Virus record (IMG/VR): IMGVR_UViG_3300020049_008107
Span: 1 to 64,000 of that record
Length of the DNA: 64,000 nt
Direction: 5' to 3' (one strand)
Origin: a virus
Taxonomy: Duplodnaviria; Caudoviricetes
In this document: one piece after another, positions 19,630 to 29,522 of the stretch
Layout: every line of letters starts with the position of its first letter
How positions within the stretch are numbered: the first letter of the stretch is position 1
Made by a program: the position numbers and the translations under genes
Notes under the pieces: model-generated
Database searches by the model: none
Told to the model about the DNA's origin: nothing
What the model saw: the letters and a program-made list of their open reading frames with translations, nothing else

Positions 19630-21026
19630 TATCTAGCAATCTCCACATTCATCCTATATCCATCAGTGGTTATTGATTGTTCTATTGAAGTAAAATGCCA
19701 GAGTGTTTTCTTTATAGTTCCATCATCAGTAGGATTTGTGCGGAATTTTTCTGATATTCCACTTGTTTCATCAGGATTTTTGAAATTTCTATTAACAAAA
19801 GTATTGGTGCTCTTTATTTGTTTCTTTCTTAAACCAAGCCAAACCCTGTCATTAAGATTGAATAGAGGATTTGCTACAACATCAAAAGAACATGTAAAAC
19901 CTTCCCCTTCGGGATAAGTCGTACACTTTTCTGACTTAAAATAAGTTTCATATAGTCCACCAGAACCATACAAATCTTCTGGTGTTGAATCTATTATTTG
20001 TTGTACCAATTCGGCTTGAGTACTAACACCCCCCCTAGCTCCTTCTGCTGTTAATATAGCTTTTACTTTTGGTGCATCAAGTGTATACACATTTACTTCT
20101 TCGCCTTTCGAAGCTTTAAAAACAAGCTTACCATCAACCATTTCAGCAGTAGAACCAACACCACCGTTATTATTTGTTTGTAATTTGCCACCTATAATAT
20201 TTGAATTAGTGTTACCATAGTCTAGGTAGTGATACTTGCCATCATTATTAGTTTTACCAGTAAAAGTTTTACCATCATTAACATATGACATATCAGTAAT
20301 TTGTATTTGTGTTATTAGTGGATTAACAGTGCCACCATCAGTAATAACAAGTTTTAAATTGTAGCTAATACACATTTGCCTAATAAATGCAACATTACTT
20401 ATATTGTTTTGTACGAAGTATCTATCATCATTAAGCACTTTATCTTGTAATGAAAATTTTATAAAAGATTTTGCTCCAATTTCATTACATAGCTTTTTAA
20501 ACATAGAGCCAAGAGTACCAAAGTTAAAACACCTCATTTTTGGCTCTGCAAAGTTTTTAGTGCCAATTCTAAGAGTTGTGGTAAATGTAGATATACCGTC
20601 TTTTAATTCTATGTCACCAATGTTAGCTATTACACAAGTAAAAACACCTCTTGAATAAGTGCCGGTTATTTCATCATCAATGGCTGTTGTAAATCGTGGA
20701 TTAATCCGCTTTATACCCCACTCAACAAGCAATTCTTTATATTTTTTATTAAAGAAAACAAAATTGATACCTAGTGGATCAATGATTGATAGGTTAAATG
20801 TTGTAGCTTCACCAATTTTTTCAGACACAGAAAAAGAATTGATAGTCGTACCTAAATCTTTTTCTGTATAAACATTATCAGCAATTATTCGAGATAGATT
20901 TTCTGAAGGTGAAGCGTTGCGATTAATTGGTGTTACACCCTTAAAACCAATATTGAAATATGGTACAAGATCTGAACCAACAAGTGGTGATATTACATGT
21001 TTTTCATTAGAATAACCAAGAATCAT
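19629..21026 (-). CDS. baseplate hub protein (gpD / gp27-like)
   Basis: 465 aa; upstream of the spike gene; ends SIEQSITTDGYRMNVE. Confidence 0.65.
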   Translation of the reverse strand: MILGYSNEKHVISPLVGSDLVPYFNIGFKGVTPINRNASPSENLSRIIADNVYTEKDLGTTINSFSVSEKIGEATTFNLSIIDPLGINFVFFNKKYKELLVEWGIKRINPRFTTAIDDEITGTYSRGVFTCVIANIGDIELKDGISTFTTTLRIGTKNFAEPKMRCFNFGTLGSMFKKLCNEIGAKSFIKFSLQDKVLNDDRYFVQNNISNVAFIRQMCISYNLKLVITDGGTVNPLITQIQITDMSYVNDGKTFTGKTNNDGKYHYLDYGNTNSNIIGGKLQTNNNGGVGSTAEMVDGKLVFKASKGEEVNVYTLDAPKVKAILTAEGARGGVSTQAELVQQIIDSTPEDLYGSGGLYETYFKSEKCTTYPEGEGFTCSFDVVANPLFNLNDRVWLGLRKKQIKSTNTFVNRNFKNPDETSGISEKFRTNPTDDGTIKKTLWHFTSIEQSITTDGYRMNVEIAR

Positions 21027-21032
21027 ACATAT

Positions 21033-21455
21033 TTATTTTAGATATTTCTTTATTGCTGCTAAAAACTTTGGCAAGTCACCATCATCTTTTAGTTTTACAA
21101 TGGTATCACTATTATATTCATTCCATTTTTTGTTTATAATTAAAACACCATAACCATCATCTCTTAAACCAAGTTTGTCGGCAGCAAGTTTAATCAAAGT
21201 ATTATTAGTTTTGTCCATTGTTGGAGTGCCGCCGACATTTGGAAAAAGTTTGATTATAACACCACTACTGTCTTTCTTTGGTCTAATGGTAACCGACAAA
21301 TCTGAGCTATTTAGCTCATCTGTTAGTTCTTTTATTTGGGCTTTTATGTCTTTTAGAACATTGTTAATGGCTGTTTGTACGATTTTGCCACCTTCAGCTT
21401 TTCTAACTATTCTATTAAGTTGTGATTTTGTGACTATATATTTCTTTTCTGTCAT
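21033..21455 (-). CDS. VTKSQ-leader protein 1
   Basis: Begins MTEKKYIVTKSQLNRIVRKA. Confidence 0.85.
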   Translation of the reverse strand: MTEKKYIVTKSQLNRIVRKAEGGKIVQTAINNVLKDIKAQIKELTDELNSSDLSVTIRPKKDSSGVIIKLFPNVGGTPTMDKTNNTLIKLAADKLGLRDDGYGVLIINKKWNEYNSDTIVKLKDDGDLPKFLAAIKKYLK

Positions 21456-21490
21456 TACCTTTATCTTTACCTAAATAAATATCGAATTTA

Positions 21491-21751
21491 TTACAGAGGT
21501 ATCATTATATTTTGTAGTTTAAACATTTCAAAGTTGTATTCTCTAAGTTTAACGGCATTTATCTCCATTAAATTCAAAGATTCAAGCTCTGTACCAAGTA
21601 GTTTATATGCTAGATGGTCTATGTCTTTATTTTCTATTGGAGCAATTAGTTTTTCTCCAGAATATGGAATAAACTTGTGTAGTATCTTTACATCTACTAA
21701 TTGACCATTTAGATTATACTTTGATGTAGAAACCCCAGTCCATTCAAGCAT
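21491..21751 (-). CDS. small baseplate protein (tail X / LysM-like)
   Basis: 86 aa; IDHLAYKLLG; located between tube initiator and hub. Confidence 0.5.
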   Translation of the reverse strand: MLEWTGVSTSKYNLNGQLVDVKILHKFIPYSGEKLIAPIENKDIDHLAYKLLGTELESLNLMEINAVKLREYNFEMFKLQNIMIPL

Positions 21752-21809
21752 GTCTTTAAATAACTATTTGGCGTATTTCTTGTTTATACCATAAACTAGC
21801 CCAATCCCA

Positions 21810-22199
21810 TTATTTTACCAAAATACCCATTTCTTTACCGTTTGGAATTCTTTTTTTTGTAAAAATGTCTAGGGCAGTTTCAATTTGTTTTTTATCCCAG
21901 TTTTTCCAGCGACTTTCTTTGACAAAAAAATCCTTTATTAGTTCATAAGCCCAGCCATCATCCTCTTTTATATCTTCTGGCGAATATCCTTCCATATCTT
22001 CATCGTTTGGATCATAACCATTAACAATCGATAACCAATTAGCCCATTGAGAATGTGAACCTATTGTCTTATCAAATATTTTAAAGAAATCTGGAGATTT
22101 TGTTATTTTTTCTAATTTTGCTTTATTTTTTGTGTCTTCATTAGCTTTCCTAACAATTCTTTGTAATTGACTTTTTGTAACTATAAATTTTTTTTCCAT
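21810..22199 (-). CDS. VTKSQ-leader protein 2
   Basis: Begins MEKKFIVTKSQLQRIVRKA. Confidence 0.85.
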   Translation of the reverse strand: MEKKFIVTKSQLQRIVRKANEDTKNKAKLEKITKSPDFFKIFDKTIGSHSQWANWLSIVNGYDPNDEDMEGYSPEDIKEDDGWAYELIKDFFVKESRWKNWDKKQIETALDIFTKKRIPNGKEMGILVK

Positions 22200-22232
22200 T
22201 AGTATATTACCATCATTTAAATAATATCAAGA

Positions 22233-22832
22233 TTAATACGGTCTGTTACCTTTTGGTTTAAATGTTTGTTGTGTGCCTTGAACAAATCCAGCAATAGAAC
22301 CAACTTTCCTTGCAATTATCCAAGCCCTATACAAAGCAGAATTCTCATCAAGAGTTAATTCCATATCAACCATTGTATAGGCAGCTAAACCAATCTTTGA
22401 CGTTAATCTAGTGTCATTATCAAATGAACATTTGGTTACCCAATATCTAAGTGGGGTTCTGTGTGTTCCCCAATTGTATATTACTGAAGGATTAGTACGA
22501 AATTGACTACTTGGTTGCAATAGTTTAAGCAAACTTGGTGAATCTTGATTGCGCAAGTTTTCAAATTGTGAAAGTTGTAGTGAGTTACCAGCAGCAGTTA
22601 AACGGTTAATAATTGGTAGTTGGAAGGACAACTTTGCAGAACCATTTCTATTAGGTTGAAGAGGAGTATAATTAAGTCCTGGTACTGTAATGTCTGCGAA
22701 TAATACATCTTTTGTATCAGACACTTTTAATGGGATGGTGCGTGAAGTTATAAAAAGATTGTTGGTGTCATCCCATATCCACCAATTTGTATATTTAAGA
22801 CCTTGAACTGCTTTTAGATTAAATCCAGGCAT
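22233..22832 (-). CDS. tail tube initiator-like protein
   Basis: 199 aa after the tape measure gene; IPLKVSD...VPGL...VIYNWG...VDMELT pattern. Confidence 0.6.
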   Translation of the reverse strand: MPGFNLKAVQGLKYTNWWIWDDTNNLFITSRTIPLKVSDTKDVLFADITVPGLNYTPLQPNRNGSAKLSFQLPIINRLTAAGNSLQLSQFENLRNQDSPSLLKLLQPSSQFRTNPSVIYNWGTHRTPLRYWVTKCSFDNDTRLTSKIGLAAYTMVDMELTLDENSALYRAWIIARKVGSIAGFVQGTQQTFKPKGNRPY

Positions 22833-24391
22833 TAGTTACCGCGTTTTGTAGATGTTATATTTTGTACGTCTTTAAAACCCTGTTTTTGTTTATTTGCTAC
22901 TTCATTAGATACACCCTTTGGATCAGAGCTATTAATATTAAAGTTTTGTTGTACGTTTACTGGTGCATTGCCACTAGAACCACCACCACCATAATTACCA
23001 CCACCACCAACTGGAGAAGTAATGGGTTGTGGAGAACCACCAAATACTTCTATACCTTTAGCTACAGCCTTGCCTAATGGAGTTTGTTTAAATTCATTCC
23101 ACCATTGATTTAGTTTTTCTTCAATGGCATGCTTTATTGAAGAACCTATGCCAACAACAAAATTAACAAATTGAGTCCATATACTTTTTATTTTTGCTAT
23201 CATTGAATTCCATTCAGTAACCACACCACTAAACAGATTAGAACCGAAATTAAATATTCCATCGAAAATCCCTTTTCCCTTACCTCTAACCATAGTAAAT
23301 AGAGCGTTTGCTTTATTCCATATCTTATCAAATGCACCAATTAAAAATCCGGTTACTGTGTCCCAATTTTGCCATAATAATATTGGGATTGCTAAAAATG
23401 GAGCAAAAATAGCTATACCAAATAACGCCCATTTCTTCCATTTATTCCAGAAAGTTTGTAAAAATGTTGTTATTCTAGTCCAATTCTTAATAAGCAATAC
23501 TATGCCAGCAACAAGAGCCATCACACCAAGTACAACCCAAGTTATGGGATTTGCTAGTAGTGCTACAGTAAAGCCAATCACCGCTGTTATGGCAGCACCA
23601 ATAGCAGGAACTAAAGCCGACAATAAAGCAGAGGCTAAGAATGTTATGCCACCAGCAGCTAAAGCCTGTGTTAATACATCAAATTCTTCTATTGCTTTCA
23701 TTGGATCATTAAAAAAAGCAGCTATGAAACTAACTACTCGACCGAATTCTTCAAATATAGGGAATATAACATTTTTGAATGCCCATATTACTGCATCAGC
23801 AAGTACATCCATTACATCCTCAAGTAGCATTGATATAAAAGTAAAAACAAAAAATACCTTGAGTAATACCAAATTCAAGTAGTCAATAAACCCACCAATA
23901 CTAGCTTTACCACCAGTAATTGCAGTCCATACCTTATTGAAACCACCAATTAGAGCATTTACAAGAGTAGTACCTATTGAATATATAGCCCTAAAAACAT
24001 TCGCTATTACAGAGCCAATCTTAACAAATGCTGCCCTATTATCACGTACAAAATTCATCATCTGAACCAATATTGGAAGTATGAATTTGCGAATAGGTTG
24101 CGCAATATTTTGAATAATTGTTTCTTTCATCTGACCAAAAACTTGGTCAATCTCTGGAATAGCTTGGTGTATAGAACCTAATAAACTACCAGCCATGTTA
24201 ACCATAGCCATTTGTTTCATTATACCAAGTAAATTGGTTAATGGTTTATGGCTACCACTAACTATATCATTCATCTTAGTAGCACCAGATACAATCGCAC
24301 CAGTAGTATTAGTGAATGCCATATTAAGAAATTTAAGCGAATTTACAGCTAGGTTAGTTGGTAATAATAGTTCTATACCAACACGTTCCAT
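22832..24391 (-). CDS. tape measure protein
   Basis: 519 aa; helical, Trp/Phe periodicity, hydrophobic LANPITWVVLGVMALVAG segment. Confidence 0.85.
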   Translation of the reverse strand: MERVGIELLLPTNLAVNSLKFLNMAFTNTTGAIVSGATKMNDIVSGSHKPLTNLLGIMKQMAMVNMAGSLLGSIHQAIPEIDQVFGQMKETIIQNIAQPIRKFILPILVQMMNFVRDNRAAFVKIGSVIANVFRAIYSIGTTLVNALIGGFNKVWTAITGGKASIGGFIDYLNLVLLKVFFVFTFISMLLEDVMDVLADAVIWAFKNVIFPIFEEFGRVVSFIAAFFNDPMKAIEEFDVLTQALAAGGITFLASALLSALVPAIGAAITAVIGFTVALLANPITWVVLGVMALVAGIVLLIKNWTRITTFLQTFWNKWKKWALFGIAIFAPFLAIPILLWQNWDTVTGFLIGAFDKIWNKANALFTMVRGKGKGIFDGIFNFGSNLFSGVVTEWNSMIAKIKSIWTQFVNFVVGIGSSIKHAIEEKLNQWWNEFKQTPLGKAVAKGIEVFGGSPQPITSPVGGGGNYGGGGSSGNAPVNVQQNFNINSSDPKGVSNEVANKQKQGFKDVQNITSTKRGN

Positions 24392-24862
24392 CTATTTTTG
24401 CTCCAAAATACCTAAGAAGTCAGGAGAAATTAAAGTGTCATGAGTAGCCTTACTAATTCCTTGTGGTAAACAATCTAAATGAAACCAGCCATAGTTTCTC
24501 ATTTCATCAGTGTGTTTCATTCCTTCTGGTAAATCACTTAGATTAATAATATAGATATGAATATTGTCGCCATTTGGTTTGCGGAATGAATAGCTACCTA
24601 ATATATCAGTTGCAGCATTTATAGCATCAAGATCAATACCAGATTCTTCTTCCACTTCACGTTTAAGAGTGTCTTCTATATCTTCACCAACAATAGCATG
24701 CCCACCAGCTACAGCCCACGAATCGTCATCTGATCTTTGAGCAAGCAATAATAAACCTTTATAGAAGATATAAGCAAATGCACAATTCTTTGAATCTGGT
24801 CTATAAGCAGAAAACTGCTTAACTGTTTCTTGTAGGTCTTTCCTAGCTTGATCTCTACCCAT
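24392..24862 (-). CDS. Nudix hydrolase
   Basis: Nudix box GGHAIVGEDIEDTLKREVEEESGI. Confidence 0.9.
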   Translation of the reverse strand: MGRDQARKDLQETVKQFSAYRPDSKNCAFAYIFYKGLLLLAQRSDDDSWAVAGGHAIVGEDIEDTLKREVEEESGIDLDAINAATDILGSYSFRKPNGDNIHIYIINLSDLPEGMKHTDEMRNYGWFHLDCLPQGISKATHDTLISPDFLGILEQK

Positions 24863-24983
24863 AGTAATAAATAACCGATAGTAAAAATGAACTATGGCAG
24901 AGATAATGCAATAGACCTATCGAATCAGTAATGATAGCGAGGACTATGTACCTAAATGGTCACTTTAATTAGTTAGTTCAATT

Positions 24984-25070
24984 TGGATTGTGGTGAAAAT
25001 GGGTATACACGGAAGGCTAATGCTGTTCTCTGAGAAATCGGTTGTGAAGTTCGAATCTTTACCAATCCAA
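24984..25070 (+). tRNA. class II tRNA-like element with irregular anticodon arm (possible pseudo-tRNA)
   Basis: 7-bp acceptor TGGATTG/CAATCCA, D-arm GTG...CAC, T-loop TTCGAAT, variable hairpin TTCTC/GAGAA. Confidence 0.55.
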
Positions 25071-25088
25071 ATTTTATAAAGGTATAAT

Positions 25089-25394
25089 ATGATTGAACAA
25101 ATAATCTTCTCAATGCAGAAAATTAAAAGTGCTCTTATAAAGAGTGAATTTGATAAATATACTGCTAATGGTATTATAAAAAATCAGCGCCAGTCATACT
25201 TAATAGAAGACAACGACATTACATATATCATTTGCAATTTATTACCAATTGCAGAGATACAACTTGTTAATTATGGTGCTGGTAAAATGTCATTTTTTAC
25301 AGAGACATATATACCAGAACGACAAGTAGAGATGAAAGAAAAATTAAAGCTATTAATAAAAGATTATACGCCAATACAGGACTATTCAATATGA
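25089..25394 (+). CDS. hypothetical protein (plus-strand island)
   Basis: 101 aa; AAGG RBS. Confidence 0.65.
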   Translation: MIEQIIFSMQKIKSALIKSEFDKYTANGIIKNQRQSYLIEDNDITYIICNLLPIAEIQLVNYGAGKMSFFTETYIPERQVEMKEKLKLLIKDYTPIQDYSI

Positions 25395-25723
25395 TATCAA
25401 AAGAAGAATTTAAGGATAGAATTAAGAAAGGCAAGATTAAGAGCATAAAAGCTCTTAAATACCCATATCAAGAAGGCATTATACTTCGTTGGACGTTATA
25501 TGGTCTTGGTGGGGTTTTTGAAATGAACAACCTCGCTGGTGAATTCTGTAATGCTAAATGCAAGTTGTGTGTTAGCGTAGACAAGGCATATGACCTTATT
25601 GTAACCGGATTCTTTGAGTGTACTCAGAAATTGCCAGAAAAAGAGAGGCAGATAGTTAGAGATGATTACCAAAAAGCAAGAATGTCAGTTCAAGTTAATC
25701 ATACTCAAAGGAAATACTTATGA
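25391..25723 (+). CDS. hypothetical protein
   Basis: 110 aa; ATGA start/stop coupling. Confidence 0.65.
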   Translation: MISKEEFKDRIKKGKIKSIKALKYPYQEGIILRWTLYGLGGVFEMNNLAGEFCNAKCKLCVSVDKAYDLIVTGFFECTQKLPEKERQIVRDDYQKARMSVQVNHTQRKYL

Positions 25724-26049
25724 GTGCTGAATCTTGGAAAGGCGAGTTTTACTTTATTGAAGCAGAAGAATTGGCTAAAGACCAATATACCGACTTGGAT
25801 AGACTACAGCATGCAGAATTGAAATGGAGTGGCTTTTTACCTGAAAACCTAGCCAAGCATAACCTAATTAAACCACCAATTACTTTAGAAGCTGAAACCT
25901 GTTCTCTATGCTGCAGGTATTTATGTTTGGCTTGTGTTGTAAAAAAGGTTACTGGTGAATCATGCATTCAAGAGTATGAAAAATCGCAAACTGGTAACCC
26001 AGTATTCATTCTAGATTTAATAAAGAAGGTAAGAGATGGGATCACATAA
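25720..26049 (+). CDS. Cys-rich hypothetical protein
   Basis: 109 aa; CSLCCRYLCLAC. Confidence 0.65.
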   Translation: MSAESWKGEFYFIEAEELAKDQYTDLDRLQHAELKWSGFLPENLAKHNLIKPPITLEAETCSLCCRYLCLACVVKKVTGESCIQEYEKSQTGNPVFILDLIKKVRDGIT

Positions 26050-26323
26050 AACAACTAAGAACCAAATGCTTAAATTGCATTCTGCCTTAATTAAATCATT
26101 AGCAAGTGTATTACTAGAACCATTCAACCATTTGAAAGTTGATATAACATTTAGTAATAATGACAAATGTACCATTGAAATACAATGGCATACCAAAAAC
26201 AACTGTACTTTTAAAAGTGTTTATCAGTTTTATTCTTATGATGAAAACAAAGACTTTCTAGACAGAATTGTAAAAACGATATACATTTGTAATTTCGAAG
26301 AGTTTAAAAATCTTAAGTATTGA
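26036..26323 (+). CDS. hypothetical protein
   Basis: 95 aa in the island operon. Confidence 0.55.
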   Translation: MGSHKTTKNQMLKLHSALIKSLASVLLEPFNHLKVDITFSNNDKCTIEIQWHTKNNCTFKSVYQFYSYDENKDFLDRIVKTIYICNFEEFKNLKY

Positions 26324-26333
26324 GGTAAAAATT

Positions 26334-26627
26334 ATGACTGGATTTGATGATTTATTAGCAGAAGAAAAAAGGAAATGGGTGAAACAGCATAGAAGTGAAA
26401 ATAAGGGGATGTCTACAATATCCGCACTCATCATCACATTCATACTAATGATTGTTTTGGTAAAAGCCGTGTTTATCTTCATAGAACCAAAAATCGAAGG
26501 TGTTACTGAGTATTGGGATGAAACTAAACATCCAAATGGAGTTATTACTAGAGAAAGGAAATATATGATCACCCCAAAATCTGGTGGTATCATTCTTAAA
26601 AAAGGTATTGATAATGGAAAACCTTAA
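26334..26627 (+). CDS. single-pass membrane protein
   Basis: 97 aa; GAGG RBS; one hydrophobic helix. Confidence 0.65.
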   Translation: MTGFDDLLAEEKRKWVKQHRSENKGMSTISALIITFILMIVLVKAVFIFIEPKIEGVTEYWDETKHPNGVITRERKYMITPKSGGIILKKGIDNGKP

Positions 26628-27039
26628 AGAATACTACGAATTGTGCAAAACAATTAATCCCAAGACATTCAACTATGGTCGGTGGGAAGTTAATGACAAT
26701 TGTGGTACTATTGGTTGTTTGTGGGGACATGCTCCAATTCTATTACCAGACAAAATATTCAGATTTAAAGTAAATACAACAACAAGGTTGATTTCTACAA
26801 AGAGTTACTACGAAAGTAAGGTAATATGGTCACATAACAATCTTGGTGCTATTTATGAATATTTTAACCCAATTACTAAAAATGAGGAGTTTGCTTTGAA
26901 TGCAATATTCCTTGGAGATGGAAATTACATCAATGGTAGATTAATTGAAGCTATACCATCTGATGTAATGCAATCATATAACTTAGAATATGCACTTGAT
27001 AGATTTGCTGAAGTGCTTAATATTCTGGGTTTGGATTAG
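26584..27039 (+). CDS. hypothetical protein
   Basis: CGTIGCLWGHAP motif; true start probably MENLKEY. Confidence 0.6.
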   Translation: MVSFLKKVLIMENLKEYYELCKTINPKTFNYGRWEVNDNCGTIGCLWGHAPILLPDKIFRFKVNTTTRLISTKSYYESKVIWSHNNLGAIYEYFNPITKNEEFALNAIFLGDGNYINGRLIEAIPSDVMQSYNLEYALDRFAEVLNILGLD

Positions 27040-27331
27040 TATATTTGTTGGATTGACTTGATTGTTTCCTTTGCCATTCGGCAACTTGCAATGTTAGTTC
27101 ATGATATTCATCAAATGGAAGTTTCAAAAGGTCTTGGTAGGTTAATGCGCCTTTTGTCATTTCCATTATTGCAAGGGCTTCTTGATAAAATACTTCCTTG
27201 TTAAAATCAACAAATCTTAAACAGTCTATTATGTGAAACCAGGATAAAATCTTACCCTTAGTTTCAAGGTTCTTATACCAAGTTAGCTCTTCCCCACTCC
27301 TAATTGAGAGCGAAGAGCGTAAACGAAAAAA
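27017..27331 (-). CDS. -1 frameshift extension of the tail assembly chaperone (GT-like C-terminus)
   Basis: Slippery T TTT TTC at 27331-27325; -1 frame stays open to TAA at 27019-27017. Confidence 0.75.
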   Translation of the reverse strand, partial: FFRLRSSLSIRSGEELTWYKNLETKGKILSWFHIIDCLRFVDFNKEVFYQEALAIMEMTKGALTYQDLLKLPFDEYHELTLQVAEWQRKQSSQSNKYTNPNPEY

Positions 27332-28119
27332 GATGTAAAATCAAGAGCAGCTTCCCAATGTTTACCGCAAGATGGACATACTATTTCAATGAATGGATAA
27401 ACACCAAATCTACGCAAACCAACGGTTATCTGTTGCATATATCTGTAGTCATTGTATTTCACTAAATCATAAGGATAACGATTCTTAATTGTTTGAATGT
27501 CTTGTAGTCTGTCATCGATGGAAACTACTGAAGCACCAACTATTAATTCATGGTAAAGCTTGCGAAGTCTAGAACCGGTACTTGTAAGAGATGAGTCATT
27601 TTCTATCATTATCAAATCACCAATAGTTGGATCACGAAATGTAATAGAACTTACTTCTGCAGCAATCTCATCTCTATGTTTAAGCTCAATTTCATCGCCT
27701 TTATCAAAAGTAAGAGTAAACCAATCTGTTTGATAGTCAGCACTTTCAGCATAATGAACTGGAAGTTTATCAACATCATCTCTTGAATCAAAATCTCTTG
27801 ATTCTTCATGAATTACTTTATTACCACAGCCATTTCTAGGGCATGGGTACAACCCCTCAACGAGTGTTGGAAGTTTGTATAGTTTGAATAATTCCTTGGC
27901 TATGTATTCGGCAGAAACTAATGGTAGATTTTTTAGATCAGACAGCGATGGTTTCGTGTCCTCAATGGAATTAATACCACCATGCATTAGCGATAGTAAA
28001 GCTTGAGCATATTTGCCCTGTTCTGCTTTCTCATAAATGTTGAGGATTGTGTCCGAATCTGGTTTTTTAATTTCAACTTGTCGTTTGTTCTGTAAAGAAA
28101 TGGGCATTTTTAATATCAT
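27283..28119 (-). CDS. tail assembly chaperone / hub assembly protein
   Basis: Start corrected to 28119 (MILKMPISL; TTATTTA-N5 upstream); CPRNGC and CPSC motifs; lies between tube and tape measure genes. Confidence 0.7.
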   Translation of the reverse strand: MILKMPISLQNKRQVEIKKPDSDTILNIYEKAEQGKYAQALLSLMHGGINSIEDTKPSLSDLKNLPLVSAEYIAKELFKLYKLPTLVEGLYPCPRNGCGNKVIHEESRDFDSRDDVDKLPVHYAESADYQTDWFTLTFDKGDEIELKHRDEIAAEVSSITFRDPTIGDLIMIENDSSLTSTGSRLRKLYHELIVGASVVSIDDRLQDIQTIKNRYPYDLVKYNDYRYMQQITVGLRRFGVYPFIEIVCPSCGKHWEAALDFTSFFVYALRSQLGVGKS

Positions 28120-28140
28120 AACAATAAATAACCGATATGA

Positions 28141-28234
28141 AAGCCTAAAACGTGCTTGACAAGGAAAGGGGTATCTGTTATAATGACAATAGAAGGTATT
28201 ACTGATACCTCGATAAAAAATAAAGGAACAAACA
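28141..28234 (+). promoter_or_regulatory. repeated sigma70-type promoter cassette, copy 3 (type A)
   Basis: Perfect TTGACA (28156-28161), 17 bp spacer, TATAAT (28179-28184); AAGGA RBS. Confidence 0.92.
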
Positions 28235-28390
28235 ATGAAAGATAACAAAATATGGATGGTAGTGGTTGATTTTGGTGATTGTACTTCAGTTTATGGTAAA
28301 TACAATAAAAAAGAAGCTTTATTGAAATATGATGAAGCAAAGAAATATAAATCAGCAGTTGAAGTTAATTTGGTTAAGGTGGTAAAATAA
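28235..28390 (+). CDS. small early protein (absent from ORF track)
   Basis: 51 aa MKDNKIWMVVVDFG...; stop overlaps the next ATG. Confidence 0.7.
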   Translation: MKDNKIWMVVVDFGDCTSVYGKYNKKEALLKYDEAKKYKSAVEVNLVKVVK

Positions 28391-29097
28391 TGGAAGACAT
28401 CAAATCTAAAATCAAGAAACTCCTCTCATTGGCAACTAGTTCAAACGAAGCTGAAGCAATGTCCGCAATGACCAAAGCACAGGCACTAATGAATGAATAC
28501 CGCATCAGTAACCTAGACCTTGAGTTATCTGGAACTGATAATGAAATGGATATGTCATTAATTCAAGGACTTGGTAATTTTGACCATAAATGGAAGGGAT
28601 TATTAGCTCAAACCATAGCAGAAGCAAACTATTGTATGACTATCAAATTCGCAAATGTTGGAACTAAGATAGTTGGTCGTAAAGAGAATATACTTGTAGC
28701 GAATGCAATGTTTGAATATGTGTTGTCATTCATCAAATCTAAGAAGCTTGGAAGTGCTGATCTCAAGAATTATGGTCTTGGTTTCTGGTTAGGTCTAAAG
28801 TCTAAACTAGAGGAAGGTAAATCGGCTTGGGTAAATCAAACTCCTCATGCTGGAGAATTGGTAGTTGTTTACAATACCGAGATTACTAATCATCTTCAAA
28901 CTATTGGTATCAAGACCAAATCAGCACCAGTTAAATCCGGTATCTCTAGAAAAGGTGATATGGATTACTACGAAAACGGTATTAAAGATGGCAAGAATTT
29001 CAATTTATCAAAGCAAATGACCAGTAATGCTAAAGAATTAGAACAAAAATATGAATATGGCATGTCGCATATAAATGATCACCATTACTCATATTAA
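28390..29097 (+). CDS. DUF2786-like protein
   Basis: KIKKLLSLATSSNEAEAMSAMTKAQALMNEY N-terminus. Confidence 0.75.
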   Translation: MEDIKSKIKKLLSLATSSNEAEAMSAMTKAQALMNEYRISNLDLELSGTDNEMDMSLIQGLGNFDHKWKGLLAQTIAEANYCMTIKFANVGTKIVGRKENILVANAMFEYVLSFIKSKKLGSADLKNYGLGFWLGLKSKLEEGKSAWVNQTPHAGELVVVYNTEITNHLQTIGIKTKSAPVKSGISRKGDMDYYENGIKDGKNFNLSKQMTSNAKELEQKYEYGMSHINDHHYSY

Positions 29098-29120
29098 AAG
29101 ATTACCTTAGCTATTGAAGC

Positions 29121-29486
29121 TTACATAAAATAATCCATAAAATTTAGGTCGTTAACCAAAAGGTATTTTTGAAATCCAACTAATTCAGTAATACCTTTTG
29201 CACCTTTTAAAGGTGTAACTTCTTTGTACCCAAAATTTGGTATTTCACCAACAATCTTTTTCTTTAGTGTTTTAAGGTATACATCAAGTTGCTTTACTTG
29301 TTCTGGTTGTAACTTGTCACCAGCACCCATACTAACATCTTTGTATATTTCATTGGTGTCATAATTACATGAAGCCCAATTAGAAAGCCGAATATTCTTT
29401 TTAGTAAAGGCTTTTGGATCAAAATCAGCTTTTTGAACCAGTCTTTGTAATTGTGATTTAGTAACTATAAATTTCTTTTCTGTCAT
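29121..29486 (-). CDS. VTKSQ-leader protein 3
   Basis: Begins MTEKKFIVTKSQLQRLVQKA. Confidence 0.85.
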   Translation of the reverse strand: MTEKKFIVTKSQLQRLVQKADFDPKAFTKKNIRLSNWASCNYDTNEIYKDVSMGAGDKLQPEQVKQLDVYLKTLKKKIVGEIPNFGYKEVTPLKGAKGITELVGFQKYLLVNDLNFMDYFM

Positions 29487-29522
29487 TGGTTTTCTCTATC
29501 TGGTGGATTGGGCTCTTTTATA

